From a virus: a stretch of DNA of 64,000 nucleotides. The notes under the pieces are model-generated. The model was not told the DNA's origin. It saw only the letters and a program-made list of their open reading frames with translations, and searched no databases. Within the stretch, counting starts at the first letter, position 1, and every line of letters begins with the position of its first letter. Shown piece after piece: positions 49,415 to 59,431 of this stretch. Position numbers and translations under genes: made by a program. The DNA lies in IMG/VR virus record IMGVR_UViG_3300020045_002218, positions 43,579 through 107,578 of that record; one strand, 5' to 3'.

Positions 49415-49557
49415 TGAATAATGAAGATACTTCATATAAATCAAAGACATAAATGAACACTCTCTTCTATTATATTTAGGTAGATTTTTAATTATGTGCT
49501 ACGCACATTGCGTAAGCAGACTTCGTCCGCTTCCACGCTCCAATCTAATATACATGA

Positions 49558-49890
49558 TTAGTTACAATCTCTAAGAAAATCTATCTCAGCATCTGTAAGT
49601 TCACCTATAACTAACTCTGATTCTGATTCATTAGTAAATATATGTCCTTCAATTTCAATAGCAGTAATTTCTACTACATTAAGTAAAGCTCCTTTAATAC
49701 TTTCAAACCCCATACCTGAATCTATTGAACCATCATCTAATGCTTTATTAGCTTTAAGTTCTATTTCTTCTACTGTATCTCCGTAGAAGTTAATTGAAGA
49801 ATAAATTCCTCTACCTCCACCCCAATATAATCCATAAACTAAACCAGTAGCTCTAAAGTATTCTGTTGTCTTATGGTTTTGTAATTTCAT
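49558..49890 (-). CDS. Hypothetical protein
   Basis: 110-aa ORF with AGGA RBS, co-oriented. Confidence 0.6.
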   Translation of the reverse strand: MKLQNHKTTEYFRATGLVYGLYWGGGRGIYSSINFYGDTVEEIELKANKALDDGSIDSGMGFESIKGALLNVVEITAIEIEGHIFTNESESELVIGELTDAEIDFLRDCN

Positions 49891-50649
49891 TTAGTTTATC
49901 CTGCTTATTTTGGTTAATATGCTCAATAAGCTCCTTTTCATTATAATTAGCTTTAGAAGGTTCTGTTTTATATGTCTTTTGATACAAAGGATTAGTATCC
50001 CAATCATCTGGTTTACTAACACTAACTGTTTTTATATTATTCATAAAAACATACTCTTTCTAATATCAGCTTCTTTTTTAAGAATTTCATGTAAGAAACA
50101 TTTCATTGCATAGCGTTCTACATTACAAAAAGGTAAATCTTGTGGTTTTGCTGTGTGTAAATTTATAAAGAATTGATCTACTTCTGTTATATATTCTCTT
50201 GTTTCAGTAACTTTTGTACCCTTAACTTTAGCTTGAGCTATAAGTAGTTCTTCTAATGTATCAAATTCAAGTATGTATTTCATGTTAAATTATCCTCATT
50301 CTTATCTTCTATACAAAAAGTATCAAAAACAATTTCAGGAAATTTTTGAATAACATATTCTTGGAGTTTACTTTCTACTTCCTTATATTTTTCATAGGCA
50401 TCGGTTTTACAGTAAACACCTTGTAAGGGTAATATAAGTTCAATTCTAGCCTGTTTCATAATAAATCCTTTCTAATTCCTGTCAAAGATTCGCACTTAAG
50501 TATCTTAACCTCAACAGGTGTTATGTTATAGTGTGTGAACCATGAAGTATTCTTGAGTTTATTCAGAAACTCATTAGCTTCTTCAGAAGAAGAAAACATT
50601 GCACAAATACATTCTTTAAACCAACAAGATTCTTTTACACAGTAAATTT

Positions 50650-50970
50650 TCATTTTAATTTATTCTCTTGATGAATTTCAGCAAATACTATTTCGACTTC
50701 AGGAATTCTTTTTACTGTTGAATCACCCTTAAGAAAGTAATCTTCAAAATACTTGGGATCTACACCAATTCTGATACATGCAGAAACACCATCCTTAATG
50801 TTTTGTTCACTTCTGTTAGGGTATTTTTCCATAAGTTCTAATATATAAGCAAATTCAAACCTGTTATTTGCTTCTTCTTGGTTTAATATTTTGATACTCG
50901 AAGCATCATACATAGCGTTTAAAGCTCCTACAGTGCGATATTTGAGGGGTAAGTAAATGAGCCAATACAC
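50650..50970 (-). CDS. Hypothetical protein
   Basis: ORF track; true start probably MYDASS near 50913. Confidence 0.5.
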   Translation of the reverse strand: MYWLIYLPLKYRTVGALNAMYDASSIKILNQEEANNRFEFAYILELMEKYPNRSEQNIKDGVSACIRIGVDPKYFEDYFLKGDSTVKRIPEVEIVFAEIHQENKLK

Positions 50971-50997
50971 TTTAATGTGTAAAGGCTCTATATAGGC

Positions 50998-51162
50998 TTA
51001 TTTAGAAGAATCTTCTTCTTCGTCTTTCATTCCAATCATTAGAGCAACTATCCATATTCCTCCTAAACCTATCATAAGTGGAATTATCATAGCTCCAATA
51101 GCAAATAAAATAAAACCTAACACTATTATTGCTGTTGCTTTTAAGATGTCAGTAAAACTCAT
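50998..51162 (-). CDS. Small membrane protein
   Basis: Hand-translated MSFTDILKATAIIVLGFILFAIGAMIIPLMIGLGGIWIVALMIGMKDEEEDSSK; not in track. Confidence 0.6.
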   Translation of the reverse strand: MSFTDILKATAIIVLGFILFAIGAMIIPLMIGLGGIWIVALMIGMKDEEEDSSK

Positions 51163-51165
51163 AGA

Positions 51166-51462
51166 TTAACCAAATACAGCAGTATCATCATTAATCTCAG
51201 ATTCTATTTCTACAAGAACATCTTCATCAATACCATCTTGAATTGATCTTACTTCTGTAACAATATTAGGTACTTTTTCTTGTTTAGAACCATCTTTAAT
51301 ATTTTTAGGTTCTAAAGTAATTACTGCATATAAACCTCTTTCACCTCTACCTGCAATTACTTCTGTTTTATGACTCATACCTAAGAAGTTTACTTGTTTT
51401 GAAGCATACTCGTAAATAGCGTCATAAATTTCTTTTTCATTTAGTGTTGCTGTTTGTTGCAT
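51166..51462 (-). CDS. Conserved N4-like hypothetical protein
   Basis: L.E.EI..AI..Y and IAGRG..G pattern, downstream of resolvase as in N4-like phages. Confidence 0.6.
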   Translation of the reverse strand: MQQTATLNEKEIYDAIYEYASKQVNFLGMSHKTEVIAGRGERGLYAVITLEPKNIKDGSKQEKVPNIVTEVRSIQDGIDEDVLVEIESEINDDTAVFG

Positions 51463-51638
51463 TGATTACTCTCCTAAAAATGAACCTGTGTTACAAAAGT
51501 TTACTAATGACTCTAGCATTAATTCTTCTGTATATTTAATTACTTCAAGACATTCTTCAAGTGTTTCTTGAATACTTTGTGTAATGAATTCTGCTTTCTC
51601 TTCTGCTGAACTATAAAAAGTATCTTTTAATTCTATTA

Positions 51639-52019
51639 TCATGTTACCTCTGTTATTTGTACTAAACATCGTGGGTTATTCTTAGATATACCACCAAATG
51701 AATTACTGGATTCAATAATTATTGTGTAGTTATCGTCTTCAATGATACCTGCCCCAACAAGACTATCTTGTAGAAATTTAGCTATTACACTAACAATATT
51801 ATCTAAATCAAATTTACGTTTATCTCGATAGTAAACTGTGTAATGAATCTTAATTTTACTCATTTGGGGTAAAGCAAATACTTGTTGTTGTATTTCTTTC
51901 TGAAATTGTATTTTAGCTTGGTTCAGAATATGATAATTCATGTTCCGATAATGATTTAAGTTTAACCTAACTACCTTTTTACCAACTAAAATGTGTAAAG
52001 GTACGTTTAGTTCATACAT
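51639..52019 (-). CDS. rusA: RusA-like Holliday junction resolvase
   Basis: LNLN.YRN, DLDN....KF.QD.LV.AG.I.DDN; start moved to MYELNVP at 52019. Confidence 0.8.
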   Translation of the reverse strand: MYELNVPLHILVGKKVVRLNLNHYRNMNYHILNQAKIQFQKEIQQQVFALPQMSKIKIHYTVYYRDKRKFDLDNIVSVIAKFLQDSLVGAGIIEDDNYTIIIESSNSFGGISKNNPRCLVQITEVT

Positions 52020-52491
52020 GATTCTTCCAATCCCAAGTAATAATACTTGGTTTAATTTTCTTATCGAAAACAATAAGCATACTTGGAAAAGGAGGGCTGT
52101 TTTTATCAGGATTCTCAGGGTCAATAAACTTAACCCTACCTTTTAATAATAGAATTTTTCCTTTACAAGCAATGTTATGAAACCATTTAGTATCTGTTCT
52201 TGCTGGAACTAAACATACTACTCTTTCACAATAATCTTTTTGAGATTCTTCATAAGCCTTATTAAGCCATATAGGTAAAGCAGTTGCATAAGGCGGATTC
52301 ATCCATACAGATCCTCTCCATTCTTGAATTAAAGCATTATCTGCTTCTGTATAGAAGTTAGTACATTTAGTATTTTCAGGATAAGCACAAGCATCTAAGT
52401 CAAATTGATAAGGTATTTTGTTAAAGAATTCCCAAGGAGTTTCCCAATCTTGTTTATCACTAGACATTACACCTTTATTTATTTTAGCCAT
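52012..52491 (-). CDS. Phage DNA N6-adenine methyltransferase (Dam-like)
   Basis: WETP..FF, FDLDACA, WMNPPY, LVPARTDTKWFH, GRVKF. Confidence 0.92.
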   Translation of the reverse strand: MAKINKGVMSSDKQDWETPWEFFNKIPYQFDLDACAYPENTKCTNFYTEADNALIQEWRGSVWMNPPYATALPIWLNKAYEESQKDYCERVVCLVPARTDTKWFHNIACKGKILLLKGRVKFIDPENPDKNSPPFPSMLIVFDKKIKPSIITWDWKNHV

Positions 52492-52645
52492 AAAGCTCCG
52501 TAAAGGCTCATTTAAGAGCCTTTAATTAAAAGTAAACTAATTATAGCCAAGTAAATAATTTTTGAAAAATATCACTTAAAATAGAAATTAGTATTGCATC
52601 AAAGATGGAAAGTCTAATTTCTGTTAAATATTTCCACATAATTAC

Positions 52646-53350
52646 TTACTCAAATTTGTTTTCAGTAGCTACAGGAGAACCACTTACAGCTCCACCAGCA
52701 ATAGCTTTAAACTTATCTTGAAGCTTACCTTCAAACTTCTCTTTCCAAGCATCAATGAACACAGGTGTAGTTAATTTCTTATCTAATTCTTCTTTAGTAA
52801 AACCTTCATTAGAGAAGATTTTAGAAATAGTATTCTCAATACGTTCTTCATTAATAGAAACATATTTTCCTGTACTATCTTGAGCTTGTTTATTAACTCT
52901 AGTTTCTAAGATACCTAAAGTAATTTTCTTACCAATTACATTCATATACATATCAACTTGAATCTTTTCATCTTTAGTAAACTGTTTAATAACAGTTTTC
53001 TTTTCTTCAGATGCTGATACTTCAACGAGAGATTTACCTACTGCCATACGGCAGATAGCATCTAATTGTTGCTTACCGAAGGTATCAACTTTTTTACCTT
53101 TAGCTTCACCATAAGAAGCAATTGTGGTCATAGAACCATCTTTATCCATAAAGTAAATACATGGATTAAATGTTTTCTTATCAACAGTTTCTAGTACAAG
53201 CTGCATAGATGTACTACCACCTTTATTCTTTACTGGATACATAGATTTAATAGTAAATTCATATACACCAGAATCTAATGTAAATTTACCACCCCCTAAT
53301 GTATCTTTTTCTATTACTTTTGTTACACTTGTATCTTCAACGAGAGCCAT
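52646..53350 (-). CDS. ssb: Single-stranded DNA-binding protein (N4 gp45-like)
   Basis: EKD.LGG...LDSGVY...I..Y, NKQ......Y....E.R.EN.I.K.F; synteny after Sak4-like gene. Confidence 0.82.
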   Translation of the reverse strand: MALVEDTSVTKVIEKDTLGGGKFTLDSGVYEFTIKSMYPVKNKGGSTSMQLVLETVDKKTFNPCIYFMDKDGSMTTIASYGEAKGKKVDTFGKQQLDAICRMAVGKSLVEVSASEEKKTVIKQFTKDEKIQVDMYMNVIGKKITLGILETRVNKQAQDSTGKYVSINEERIENTISKIFSNEGFTKEELDKKLTTPVFIDAWKEKFEGKLQDKFKAIAGGAVSGSPVATENKFE

Positions 53351-53383
53351 AATTTTCCTTTTTATTTAATTAACGTATTTTAT

Positions 53384-54013
53384 TTAAGATTTAAATTCTG
53401 TGTAAGCTATATTAATTAAAGCTTTCTTTAATTTTTCATCTTTTTGTTGGTTTGCCACATTGATAATGTGTTGTTGTTTAAATTGAATGTATACCATTTG
53501 AGCTTCAAGTAGAGTGGTAAAATAACCTAAATGAACTCTTTTACTAAATACACTACATTGTGCTTGATATTTGTTACTTCTTTTATTGTAATGAATTCCT
53601 AACGGTAACAAACCTCTAGCTTTCTTTTTATCTAATAAAAGTTTATTTATTTCTTGAGTCACAAAAATACAAGTATCTTTAGAATAGAGTTTATTTCCTC
53701 TAACTAGAATATCTTTATCTAAATCTTTGTTTTCCCAATCTTGAGTCTGCATCCACTCTTTAAAATTACTAAATGTATGCCAAGATTTTTCAGTAATACA
53801 TCCTTTATATGTTGGGTGTCTTGCTTGAAAAGATGTACTATAACATCTCTCTAACATGTGTACCCAAACACGAAAATATGGACAAATATAACGTTTATTT
53901 GAAATATTTATCTCTATTTTATATGGGGAATCATTAATACCAATATTAAATATTGGTTTACGTTTAGCTACACTTCTATTATTAGAAGGAATTTCTTGAA
54001 ACATAATCATCAC
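53384..54013 (-). CDS. HNH/AP2 endonuclease, paralog 2
   Basis: FQEIP...RKP...IGIND, MLERCY, LDKDILVRGNKLYS.DTCIFV, LGYF.T..EA...Y. Confidence 0.85.
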   Translation of the reverse strand: MMIMFQEIPSNNRSVAKRKPIFNIGINDSPYKIEINISNKRYICPYFRVWVHMLERCYSTSFQARHPTYKGCITEKSWHTFSNFKEWMQTQDWENKDLDKDILVRGNKLYSKDTCIFVTQEINKLLLDKKKARGLLPLGIHYNKRSNKYQAQCSVFSKRVHLGYFTTLLEAQMVYIQFKQQHIINVANQQKDEKLKKALINIAYTEFKS

Positions 54014-54131
54014 CTTTGATTATAAACACCATAAGAAGGTGTGGAAAATTGATGGTGTATCAATCTTTCGGAGCAACCCTATCCACAAATTTATTATATC
54101 AAATAAAGATGACTAATGCCATTTGTTTTCC

Positions 54132-54851
54132 TTATTTATAATATTCATTTAATCTATCTAATACCAATTGCACATCATTATCAATGTACGTTTCTTCTTT
54201 ACTCCATAAACCAAGTTTACTCCTAATACGTTCATTAACAGTATCTTTGGTTAGCTTGGTTTGAAATATGTATTTCAAACCAAGTAACTCATCATCTTCT
54301 GATATATTTAACATAGTGTTTGAGTATGCTTGAACTTTTGTTAATGGTAATTTCTTAGCTGCAATTACTGTACAAAACCAACTTTCAATTCCACTATTCA
54401 TTAATGAACCTTTAACTTTAACTAAGGTTTCATTAACCATTTCTGCTTCATTAAGAACATCTGAAGTATGCGCTAAGAATATAATATTCTTAGATGACTT
54501 AGCAACTTGATCTTGCATTAATCTCTTAAAGAATTGTGCATATTCTCCCCACATCTTCATAGAATTTGAAGAAGTGAGGACATACTGTGATTCATACTGA
54601 TCCATCATGAAATCTAATGTATCAACAACAATAGTATGAATTTCTGGTTTAGATTCCCATGATGCAATATATCCAGGAACAGCTAATGGATCTGTAATTA
54701 CTCTTGCATTAAAGTTATGATTGAACGGGAGATCTTTATTACTTTCGCAATTCAAATATAATACACCTCCTTGATCTTTAATATTTCTAAGACTTGCACT
54801 TTTACCTGTAGCAGACTTACCTGCTATAAGAGCTACATTATTTTTACTCAT
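54132..54851 (-). CDS. Sak4-like/AAA ssDNA annealing ATPase (N4 gp44-like)
   Basis: GKSATGKSASL, YLNCE, IVVDTL, VKGSL, ERIRS. Confidence 0.88.
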   Translation of the reverse strand: MSKNNVALIAGKSATGKSASLRNIKDQGGVLYLNCESNKDLPFNHNFNARVITDPLAVPGYIASWESKPEIHTIVVDTLDFMMDQYESQYVLTSSNSMKMWGEYAQFFKRLMQDQVAKSSKNIIFLAHTSDVLNEAEMVNETLVKVKGSLMNSGIESWFCTVIAAKKLPLTKVQAYSNTMLNISEDDELLGLKYIFQTKLTKDTVNERIRSKLGLWSKEETYIDNDVQLVLDRLNEYYK

Positions 54852-54859
54852 TTTGCTCC

Positions 54860-57004
54860 TTAATTATCTCGTTTAGCTATTGCTTTAAATACAGATTTCA
54901 TAATAGTAATATGAATTTCTGTTTCATCAAGCTTGTTAGGTAATTTACTATTTAATTCAAGTACCTTAGCTTGAATAACATCTTCACTTAATCCAGAATC
55001 TACTAACATAAGTGCATACTTAATTAATTGATTGGATCTATTACCTTCTTGAATTTTTGATACAAACCATCTTTCCATATTTGTAAGAGATTGTGTATCT
55101 AAAATAACTTTCTTTTGTTCTTCAGCTTTAACAGTCTTAGGAATAAATTGTAAAGCATCTAAAAGTACACCATCATTATATTGATATGAACCTTTATGAC
55201 TTAACCACTTTCTACTTCTTTGAGCTGTCTGATCATCTACCTTAAACGGAAGCCAAGCATAAATATTTTGCATAAATTCAGTAAAATCTTCTGCATTTAA
55301 TTTAAGTTCATGGCTTATAGGAAATACTATTCTAAAGCGATTCTCCTTGTCTGTATGACGTTTAGTTGTATAAATGAGGTAAGTGTATTCCTTTAACAAT
55401 AACTGAGCTGTAGCAAGAGAAATACCTCCATCTACATCTATCACAACCATGTTGAATCCAGGTATAGCATTCTTCTCTAATCTATAATTATCTATCATGT
55501 GATGGTTAATCCAATGATACCCATCCATTTGAGTAAGAATGTGTAAATCTTTCCATGAAGTATTTTTAATTACAGGATTGTATCCTTCAGCTAATTGAGT
55601 AGAACAAGCCAAGATAAGTTTATCTAAGTTAGTTTCTTTTAATGATTCTCCTTTAAGGAATTCAATACCATCAATAAATAATTTCTTAATAATAATATTA
55701 TTTTTATAACCATAAGCTGTAGCTAAAGTAATTAATTCTCTTTTTTGAGACTCACTACCTTTAAGTACATTGGCTTCAATAAGATCAACTTGAGTTACTT
55801 CTGTATTAGTTGATGCTAAATACTTAGCTAATCTTACATAAGGTCTTTCTCTAGTAAGGATCTTATCAAATGCTTTACCAGAATCTTCTACAAGTTTCAT
55901 AGCTGCATGTAAATGATACATAGTAACTTTAGCTGAATCATCAATAAAAGCATAAGCTCCAGCTAATTTAAGAACCTTAAAATATCTATGTGTTACTTCT
56001 GCTTTACGAATAGTTTCATGTTCACCAAGGTTTGAACCAATCTCTTCACAATCAAGTTTATATTGAAGTAACTCAATACTTACTTCATCTGACATATAGA
56101 CGGTATTGTTAAAGTTTGCTACATCAGCTAATGTACTTAATCTATCCGAGATAACTTTAAGATTTTCTTCATGTGTCGTATCCTTAAGTAAATGAAATAA
56201 TTCAATAGCTGTAAGTTTCGTAGCTTCTTCATTTACTTGACCATATCCAAATAAACATCTTCTTGCATATCCAGTAGCTAACATCTTATCAAATTCTTCT
56301 TCATTCTTAGAACCATCTAATAATTTAGTTGGTTCACCAAAGAGAAGCATATTAGCAGGTACTCTACCAATAATTTCTTTACTTCTTACATTGTCTTTAG
56401 TATGTTTAATAAGCTTTTCACTTATTTCACCAGTATCATAAGACTCAAGATATGCAGCAAATAATTCAGCATTAGCTGATAAATTAGAAGCAATCTCATC
56501 CATGATAAAGTTAAGACTCCCAGCTTTAATCATTAGAAGAGATCTCCTAAATTGCTTATATGCTGGACTTGTACCACTATCAAAAGAAAATAAGTAAGGA
56601 CACTCAATTTCCTTTTCTACTTTCTTTACTTCATCTTCAAGTTCTGTACTATTTTTAATACTTCGTTTAGTAGCAATATCCATAATTGCAATATCTGTTA
56701 CATAAGGAAGAGTTTCCTCAATAAATTTGTATCTAAATTGGTTTATTACTTTATCTTTAATAATAGCTAAAGACTTATTCTTTGAGAATCCACTAGGTGC
56801 GAGGTTAATTACATAAGAATTAATAGGAATAATTCCTCTATCTTGTGTAAAAATATTTATTCTCATTGATGAAGCAATTTGACATAAAGAGAATGCTACT
56901 AGGTTACGAAAGAATGCTCTATCAGATACTTGAGTTAAGATACATTGAGCATCAACAATAGTTTCTGCTAAAGCAAAATGAGGTTTGTCACTAAGATCTA
57001 TCAT
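54860..57004 (-). CDS. DNA primase (N4 gp43-like)
   Basis: NLAPSGFSK, FDSGT.PA.KQ, DEI.SNL, VIDVDGG, YTTKRH, FRI.FP, PriCT GNRSNQL. Confidence 0.92.
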   Translation of the reverse strand: MIDLSDKPHFALAETIVDAQCILTQVSDRAFFRNLVAFSLCQIASSMRINIFTQDRGIIPINSYVINLAPSGFSKNKSLAIIKDKVINQFRYKFIEETLPYVTDIAIMDIATKRSIKNSTELEDEVKKVEKEIECPYLFSFDSGTSPAYKQFRRSLLMIKAGSLNFIMDEIASNLSANAELFAAYLESYDTGEISEKLIKHTKDNVRSKEIIGRVPANMLLFGEPTKLLDGSKNEEEFDKMLATGYARRCLFGYGQVNEEATKLTAIELFHLLKDTTHEENLKVISDRLSTLADVANFNNTVYMSDEVSIELLQYKLDCEEIGSNLGEHETIRKAEVTHRYFKVLKLAGAYAFIDDSAKVTMYHLHAAMKLVEDSGKAFDKILTRERPYVRLAKYLASTNTEVTQVDLIEANVLKGSESQKRELITLATAYGYKNNIIIKKLFIDGIEFLKGESLKETNLDKLILACSTQLAEGYNPVIKNTSWKDLHILTQMDGYHWINHHMIDNYRLEKNAIPGFNMVVIDVDGGISLATAQLLLKEYTYLIYTTKRHTDKENRFRIVFPISHELKLNAEDFTEFMQNIYAWLPFKVDDQTAQRSRKWLSHKGSYQYNDGVLLDALQFIPKTVKAEEQKKVILDTQSLTNMERWFVSKIQEGNRSNQLIKYALMLVDSGLSEDVIQAKVLELNSKLPNKLDETEIHITIMKSVFKAIAKRDN

Positions 57005-57621
57005 TATTTCTCCAAATGAATAGTATTTGCTCTTTCAATTAGAGCATTTTTTATACGAACATCTTCTTGTAGATTTGCTAATGTTAGTAATAATTCAGCT
57101 TTATGTAAACAGTATGCTTCATGAGCATCACTTTCTAAAGAAAAATAACCTAGATTAACACCACAACAACTTGCACCATATTTCTTGTTGTGTTTGTGCC
57201 AGGATACCCCTAACAAATACTTACCTCTTGTTTTAAGTGAAGTTAGAAGTAATGTATTTATAAATTTAGTTACAAATACACATGTATCTGGAGAATAAAC
57301 TTTATTACCTTTAATAAGAATATCCTTATCTAATTGTCTATTTTTCCAATGTTGTTTTTCCATCCAAGATCGAAAATTGGAGAATGTTAGCCATTCTTCA
57401 CAGACGGTACATCCTATGTATGTAGGAAACTTTTCATGTTTTTTTGGTGAGTAACATCTCTCTAACATACTTTTCCATGTCTGATAGTAAGGACAGGGAA
57501 TTCTTTTACCGTCTACTTTATATTCAATTAAGTATGGTGCATCATTAATTGCTATACCATAAATAGGTCTTCTAATTGATAAGCTATGAGTGTTTACTGG
57601 GATTTCTTGAAATGTATTCAT
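57004..57621 (-). CDS. HNH/AP2 endonuclease, paralog 3
   Basis: Same motif series as paralogs 1, 2 and 4; ends NALIERANTIHL like paralog 1. Confidence 0.85.
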   Translation of the reverse strand: MNTFQEIPVNTHSLSIRRPIYGIAINDAPYLIEYKVDGKRIPCPYYQTWKSMLERCYSPKKHEKFPTYIGCTVCEEWLTFSNFRSWMEKQHWKNRQLDKDILIKGNKVYSPDTCVFVTKFINTLLLTSLKTRGKYLLGVSWHKHNKKYGASCCGVNLGYFSLESDAHEAYCLHKAELLLTLANLQEDVRIKNALIERANTIHLEK

Positions 57622-57730
57622 TAATAATATTCCTAATTACTGCACTTACACTTCTATTTTCAGTGTTGGCAATCTGTTTAAGTGTTTTGAGTTGGTCTTC
57701 AGAAAGACGTACTGCAAAGGTTTGTTTCAT
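57584..57730 (-). CDS. Ribbon-helix-helix (CopG/Arc-like) DNA-binding protein
   Basis: Not in track. MKQTFAVRLSEDQLKTLKQIANTENRSVSAVIRNIINEYISRNPSKHS with GGAG RBS; alternating beta strand then two helices with R-S-x-S-x-x-I-R. Confidence 0.85.
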   Translation of the reverse strand: MKQTFAVRLSEDQLKTLKQIANTENRSVSAVIRNIINEYISRNPSKHS

Positions 57731-57787
57731 ATTAGTCTCCTGTTATGAAGATATATTATTACATAAAACGTATTACGATGCAATACA

Positions 57788-58117
57788 TTAAAAAGGGACT
57801 TGATATTCTATTCCTTCAAGTAATTTAGAACTGTCAAAATTTGAAGACCATACTTTTGAAATTTTACTTCTACTAAAATTTGTTCCAAAAACCATATTTA
57901 TATAATCACATAAATCTTGCGTTGTTTCATAAGCATGATCACCATCTTTTCCATAAAATTCGTTATGATCTTCTTGCAACTTTTTCATTTCTAAAATAAA
58001 TTTAACCATACCTTTAGTTAAAGGTGTAGTATCACTTGGTTTACGATAAAGTTTTTCAGGCAATATTGAATATGTAGGTTCATCTTGTATGAACCATGCT
58101 TTAATTCTATCCCACAT
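57788..58117 (-). CDS. Hypothetical protein
   Basis: 109-aa ORF; C-terminal L..YIN..FG.N.S.S.I..VW could be helix-turn-helix-like. Confidence 0.6.
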   Translation of the reverse strand: MWDRIKAWFIQDEPTYSILPEKLYRKPSDTTPLTKGMVKFILEMKKLQEDHNEFYGKDGDHAYETTQDLCDYINMVFGTNFSRSKISKVWSSNFDSSKLLEGIEYQVPF

Positions 58118-58172
58118 GTTTCTATCTCTTAGATACTTTAGACGATAGTGGCGTAAGCCACCATGAAGAGTT

Positions 58173-58243
58173 TAAGCTAGATTGGACTCAAACCAATGCT
58201 CTCTATGAATGTCGAGTGTACTTGTCTATTATACGACTAGCTT
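58173..58243 (-). ncRNA. Degenerate tRNA / tRNA-like element
   Basis: AAGCTAG-TC-GTAT[AATAGACAA]GTAC-A-CTCGA[CATTCA]TAGAG-AGC-ATTGG[TTTGAGT]CCAAT-CTAGCTT-A folds as a cloverleaf; 6-nt anticodon loop, no CCA. Confidence 0.6.
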
Positions 58244-58250
58244 AAATTTA

Positions 58251-59201
58251 TTAAATAAGACCTTGGTTTAAAAGCTCTTTATATTGACTGCAAACAGTAG
58301 ATGCTGAACAGTATCCACATCTAACTGCTTTACCTTTAACTTCAGTTACATATCCACCTTTAGATGTTTCTTTATGAGCATCATAAGCATTATCAAAGTT
58401 CTTAGTAGAACGTGATTGTCCTTGAGATTTGTAATACTTAAATACAGATTTACCCATCCATAAATCTTCATCACTACACAAAGGTAATTCTAATTCAGGT
58501 GAATTAATATACTGGTTTATCAAACCAAGTTTATTATTAAGATATTGTTCTGTCTCTTGAACACTAAGTAACTTAAACTTCTGTTCTAACCACCTTTGTT
58601 TAGGGTATAAAGGATTCTTTAATGCTTCAAGACTATTCCAGTCTGTAAAGAGCCAGAGAATACTAAAGTCTTCTTCTGTTATTTTATCTTGGTTTAACCA
58701 CTTATAAATGCTAGCTTGAAGAATATCTTTCTTATTATTAGATGAATTAAGGTATGCCCATACTTTTCTATTCTTTAAGTCATTAAGTCTTCCATCAATA
58801 ACTAAGTCAAATTTACCTGATACATTCCATCCAGCTATTTGTTTAGCAGCCCTTTGTTCTACATATATAGGTATAAACGAACCTACTTTTGCTTTAGGAT
58901 TAATATCAAATTTTTGTATTGTAGTTCGTGGATAACCTAACTCTTCTAAAGCTTTATAAGGATCTAACCAAGCTTGTTCTAAGGCACTATGGAGCGCAGT
59001 ACCATAACAACTAGCTACCATATCAGATACATCTTTAGTACCTTCACCAGTAGCTCTCATACCTAATATGATTTGTCTTACAGAATCTAGTAACGTAGTA
59101 ACTGAAATAGTATTTGGTTCATCTGAATGATCGTATAAATCATTAACGAATAATACAGCTAATGCTAAAGGAATACCTGTTTCATTAGTATATTTTGTCA
59201 T
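58251..59201 (-). CDS. PD-(D/E)xK nuclease (N4 gp42-like exonuclease)
   Basis: IS.T.LL...RQI.L, GTALH, EQR, SGKFDLV.DG.L.DLK, Q.SIY.WL, C..C...C C-terminus. Confidence 0.88.
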   Translation of the reverse strand: MTKYTNETGIPLALAVLFVNDLYDHSDEPNTISVTTLLDSVRQIILGMRATGEGTKDVSDMVASCYGTALHSALEQAWLDPYKALEELGYPRTTIQKFDINPKAKVGSFIPIYVEQRAAKQIAGWNVSGKFDLVIDGRLNDLKNRKVWAYLNSSNNKKDILQASIYKWLNQDKITEEDFSILWLFTDWNSLEALKNPLYPKQRWLEQKFKLLSVQETEQYLNNKLGLINQYINSPELELPLCSDEDLWMGKSVFKYYKSQGQSRSTKNFDNAYDAHKETSKGGYVTEVKGKAVRCGYCSASTVCSQYKELLNQGLI

Positions 59202-59431
59202 TTAACAGGCTGTCCTTTTGTTAAATTTACTCCTTGTAAATAACCTGCATCAAATACATCTTGAAAGGAGATAGATAGATCTTTTACTAAAGTTCGTATA
59301 TCTTGACCTAAAAATACATTCCAAACTTCATCTTCGTCTGTAAGTTTATCTTGCATTAATCTATCCCATAAACCTTCTGTAATAGGGTCATAAAATACAA
59401 ATTCTAGTGTTTTTTGTTGAATTATATTCAT

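Noticed and set aside
57576-57791. Plus-strand 71-aa hydrophobic ORF
   Set aside because: Antisense to the better-supported RHH gene and against the operon direction.
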